DNA of 63,848 nucleotides, filler included, from Lama guanicoe (Eukaryota), in NCBI GenBank assembly GCA_013239625.1. It is 194 parts of 194 records of this genome, joined end to end, with 100 filler letters (N's around TTAATTAATTAA, not from the genome) between each part and the next. Parts side by side here need not be neighbours in the genome. Positions count along the whole stretch, not along the records: positions 62,299 to 62,528 come from PNXV01043632.1; positions 62,629 to 62,858 come from PNXV01043633.1; positions 62,959 to 63,188 come from PNXV01043634.1; positions 63,289 to 63,518 come from PNXV01043635.1; positions 63,619 to 63,848 come from PNXV01043636.1; 189 more parts are not named here. One strand, written 5' to 3'. This document shows positions 62,451 through 63,848 of this stretch, piece by piece (position 1 is the stretch's first letter; each line of letters opens with the position of its first letter). A model generated the notes under the pieces. The model was not told the DNA's origin and ran no database searches. It worked only from the letters and a program-made list of their open reading frames with translations. The position numbers were made by a program, and so were the translations under genes.

Positions 62451-63618
62451 GTACAGTAACGTCAGACACCACTGTTACAAACCTCCTTGCACAGATTACT
62501 TTGTCAGTTATAATGTAGCACATCTAAGNNNNNNNNNNNNNNNNNNNNNNNNNNNNNNNNNNNNNNNNNNNNTTAATTAATTAANNNNNNNNNNNNNNNN
62601 NNNNNNNNNNNNNNNNNNNNNNNNNNNNGGATTCAGTGAAGGCATATTGTAAACTGTTAGTTTACAATATCTTTTCTATATCAGCTGTTTTTTTAAAGTT
62701 TGGATACTCCTGGAAAAAAATTACCAACTTGCCTAAACACGTGACTGTCCATTGTAGCTTAGGTTTTTATTATCAAGATATAATTTATACTGACAGTAGA
62801 AGTAAAAAGTGTGCACCATGTGTACAAAGGATAAATGTATTAAAACTTTTTATTTGTANNNNNNNNNNNNNNNNNNNNNNNNNNNNNNNNNNNNNNNNNN
62901 NNTTAATTAATTAANNNNNNNNNNNNNNNNNNNNNNNNNNNNNNNNNNNNNNNNNNNNTAAGGGTCAGCATGCCTTACAAGACCCAGTGGGATCTTCCAG
63001 TAAGCTGAATGCCGTGGGCCTTCATCCGCGTTCCCTCACTATTAGATGTAAGTGGAACTGAGAGTCCTGAAAATGTTTTTCTTCCTTCTGCACCTCCATC
63101 TGCCTATTTGATTTACCTGTTTACTTATAGATGGAAACTGGGATAGAGAGAGTGGGGAGAGGTATGTGAACTAAGTTAGGAAATACTGNNNNNNNNNNNN
63201 NNNNNNNNNNNNNNNNNNNNNNNNNNNNNNNNTTAATTAATTAANNNNNNNNNNNNNNNNNNNNNNNNNNNNNNNNNNNNNNNNNNNNCTTAGGGGTGTG
63301 TCCCTATTGGGCAAGTCACTTTACCTTGCTGAGCCTGCTTTTTAATTTTTGAAATACAGTCACAGGCTGAACTCTTATTACTCCAGTCCATGGACTTTAG
63401 GATGAAATCAAGTGAGACCACTTGCCGTTCTGAATCCTTATGTGTTCCCAGTTCTGTGTCTTTCTCCAGACTGCTCCCTTGACTTGGCCTGACTTTTTTT
63501 TTTCTTTAAATAACCACTNNNNNNNNNNNNNNNNNNNNNNNNNNNNNNNNNNNNNNNNNNNNTTAATTAATTAANNNNNNNNNNNNNNNNNNNNNNNNNN
63601 NNNNNNNNNNNNNNNNNN

Positions 63619-63848
63619 AAATCACTCCAAAACACAGTAGCTTAAAACAATACCACTTATTATCTCAGAATTCCCGTGGGTCAGAATTTCAGGCTGTGTG
63701 GTTTCCTTAAGGTCTTTCACAAGATTGCAGCTGAGGCAGCATCATCTGAAGACAGGGGCTGGAGGATCTACTTCCAACATGACTCACTCACAAGGCTGTC
63801 AAGTTGGCGCTGGCTATTGTCTGGGGCCTCAGTCTCCTCCACATGCAT
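63619..63848. mobile_element. MaLR (MLT1-type) LTR fragment
   Basis: ccaaaacacagtagcttaaaacaa...ttattatctcag...gtgggtcagaa...catctgaag...ggggctggaggatctacttccaa. Confidence 0.8.

Larger units (their letters stand above)
230..63618. other. Artificial contig-joining linkers (N44-TTAATTAATTAA-N44, 100 bp) repeated about 193 times at 329-330 bp period
   Basis: First linker at 230-329 with TTAATTAATTAA at 274-285; the same structure recurs to 63618. The 12-mer is palindromic and gives TAA in all six frames. Flanking fragments are unrelated. Confidence 0.99.

Noticed and set aside
390..62914. Most ORF-track entries (ending in X runs, 'N' or 'LIN')
   Set aside because: They reach the length threshold largely by reading into N linkers, and 'LIN*' is the translation of TTAATTAATTAA.
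230..63618. CRISPR-like array or biological tandem repeat with regular ~230-bp spacers
   Set aside because: The repeat is a synthetic six-frame-stop linker flanked by Ns, the spacers are mammalian contigs, and no cas genes are present.

Overview
This is not a contiguous locus. It is an artificial concatenation of about 194 unplaced mammalian mini-contigs (mostly 229-230 bp) joined by an invariant 100-bp linker, N44-TTAATTAATTAA-N44, whose palindromic core carries stop codons in all six frames. Neighbouring fragments are unrelated, and almost all listed ORFs are artefacts of read-through into the N runs. The content is typical eutherian DNA: L1, L2, MIR, MaLR/ERV LTRs, hAT MERs, microsatellites and CpG-island pieces. 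A recurrent tRNA-derived SINE resembling camelid Vic-1 suggests camel or alpaca/llama. Recognisable gene fragments are the 5' end of an interferon-alpha gene (24735-24913), a MAP3K10/MLK2 exon piece missed by the ORF track (34912-35139), and a SIRP-beta-like transmembrane exon with an intramembrane lysine (8575-8681, minus strand). There is also one unidentified, strongly codon-biased ORF piece (42503-42730, minus strand). Three pairs of near-identical contigs share exactly 49-bp identical flanks, as expected for de Bruijn bubble arms, and one contig holds an L1 inversion junction. I found no support for a novel multi-gene biological system. All family names come from my recall of consensus sequences, not from database searches.
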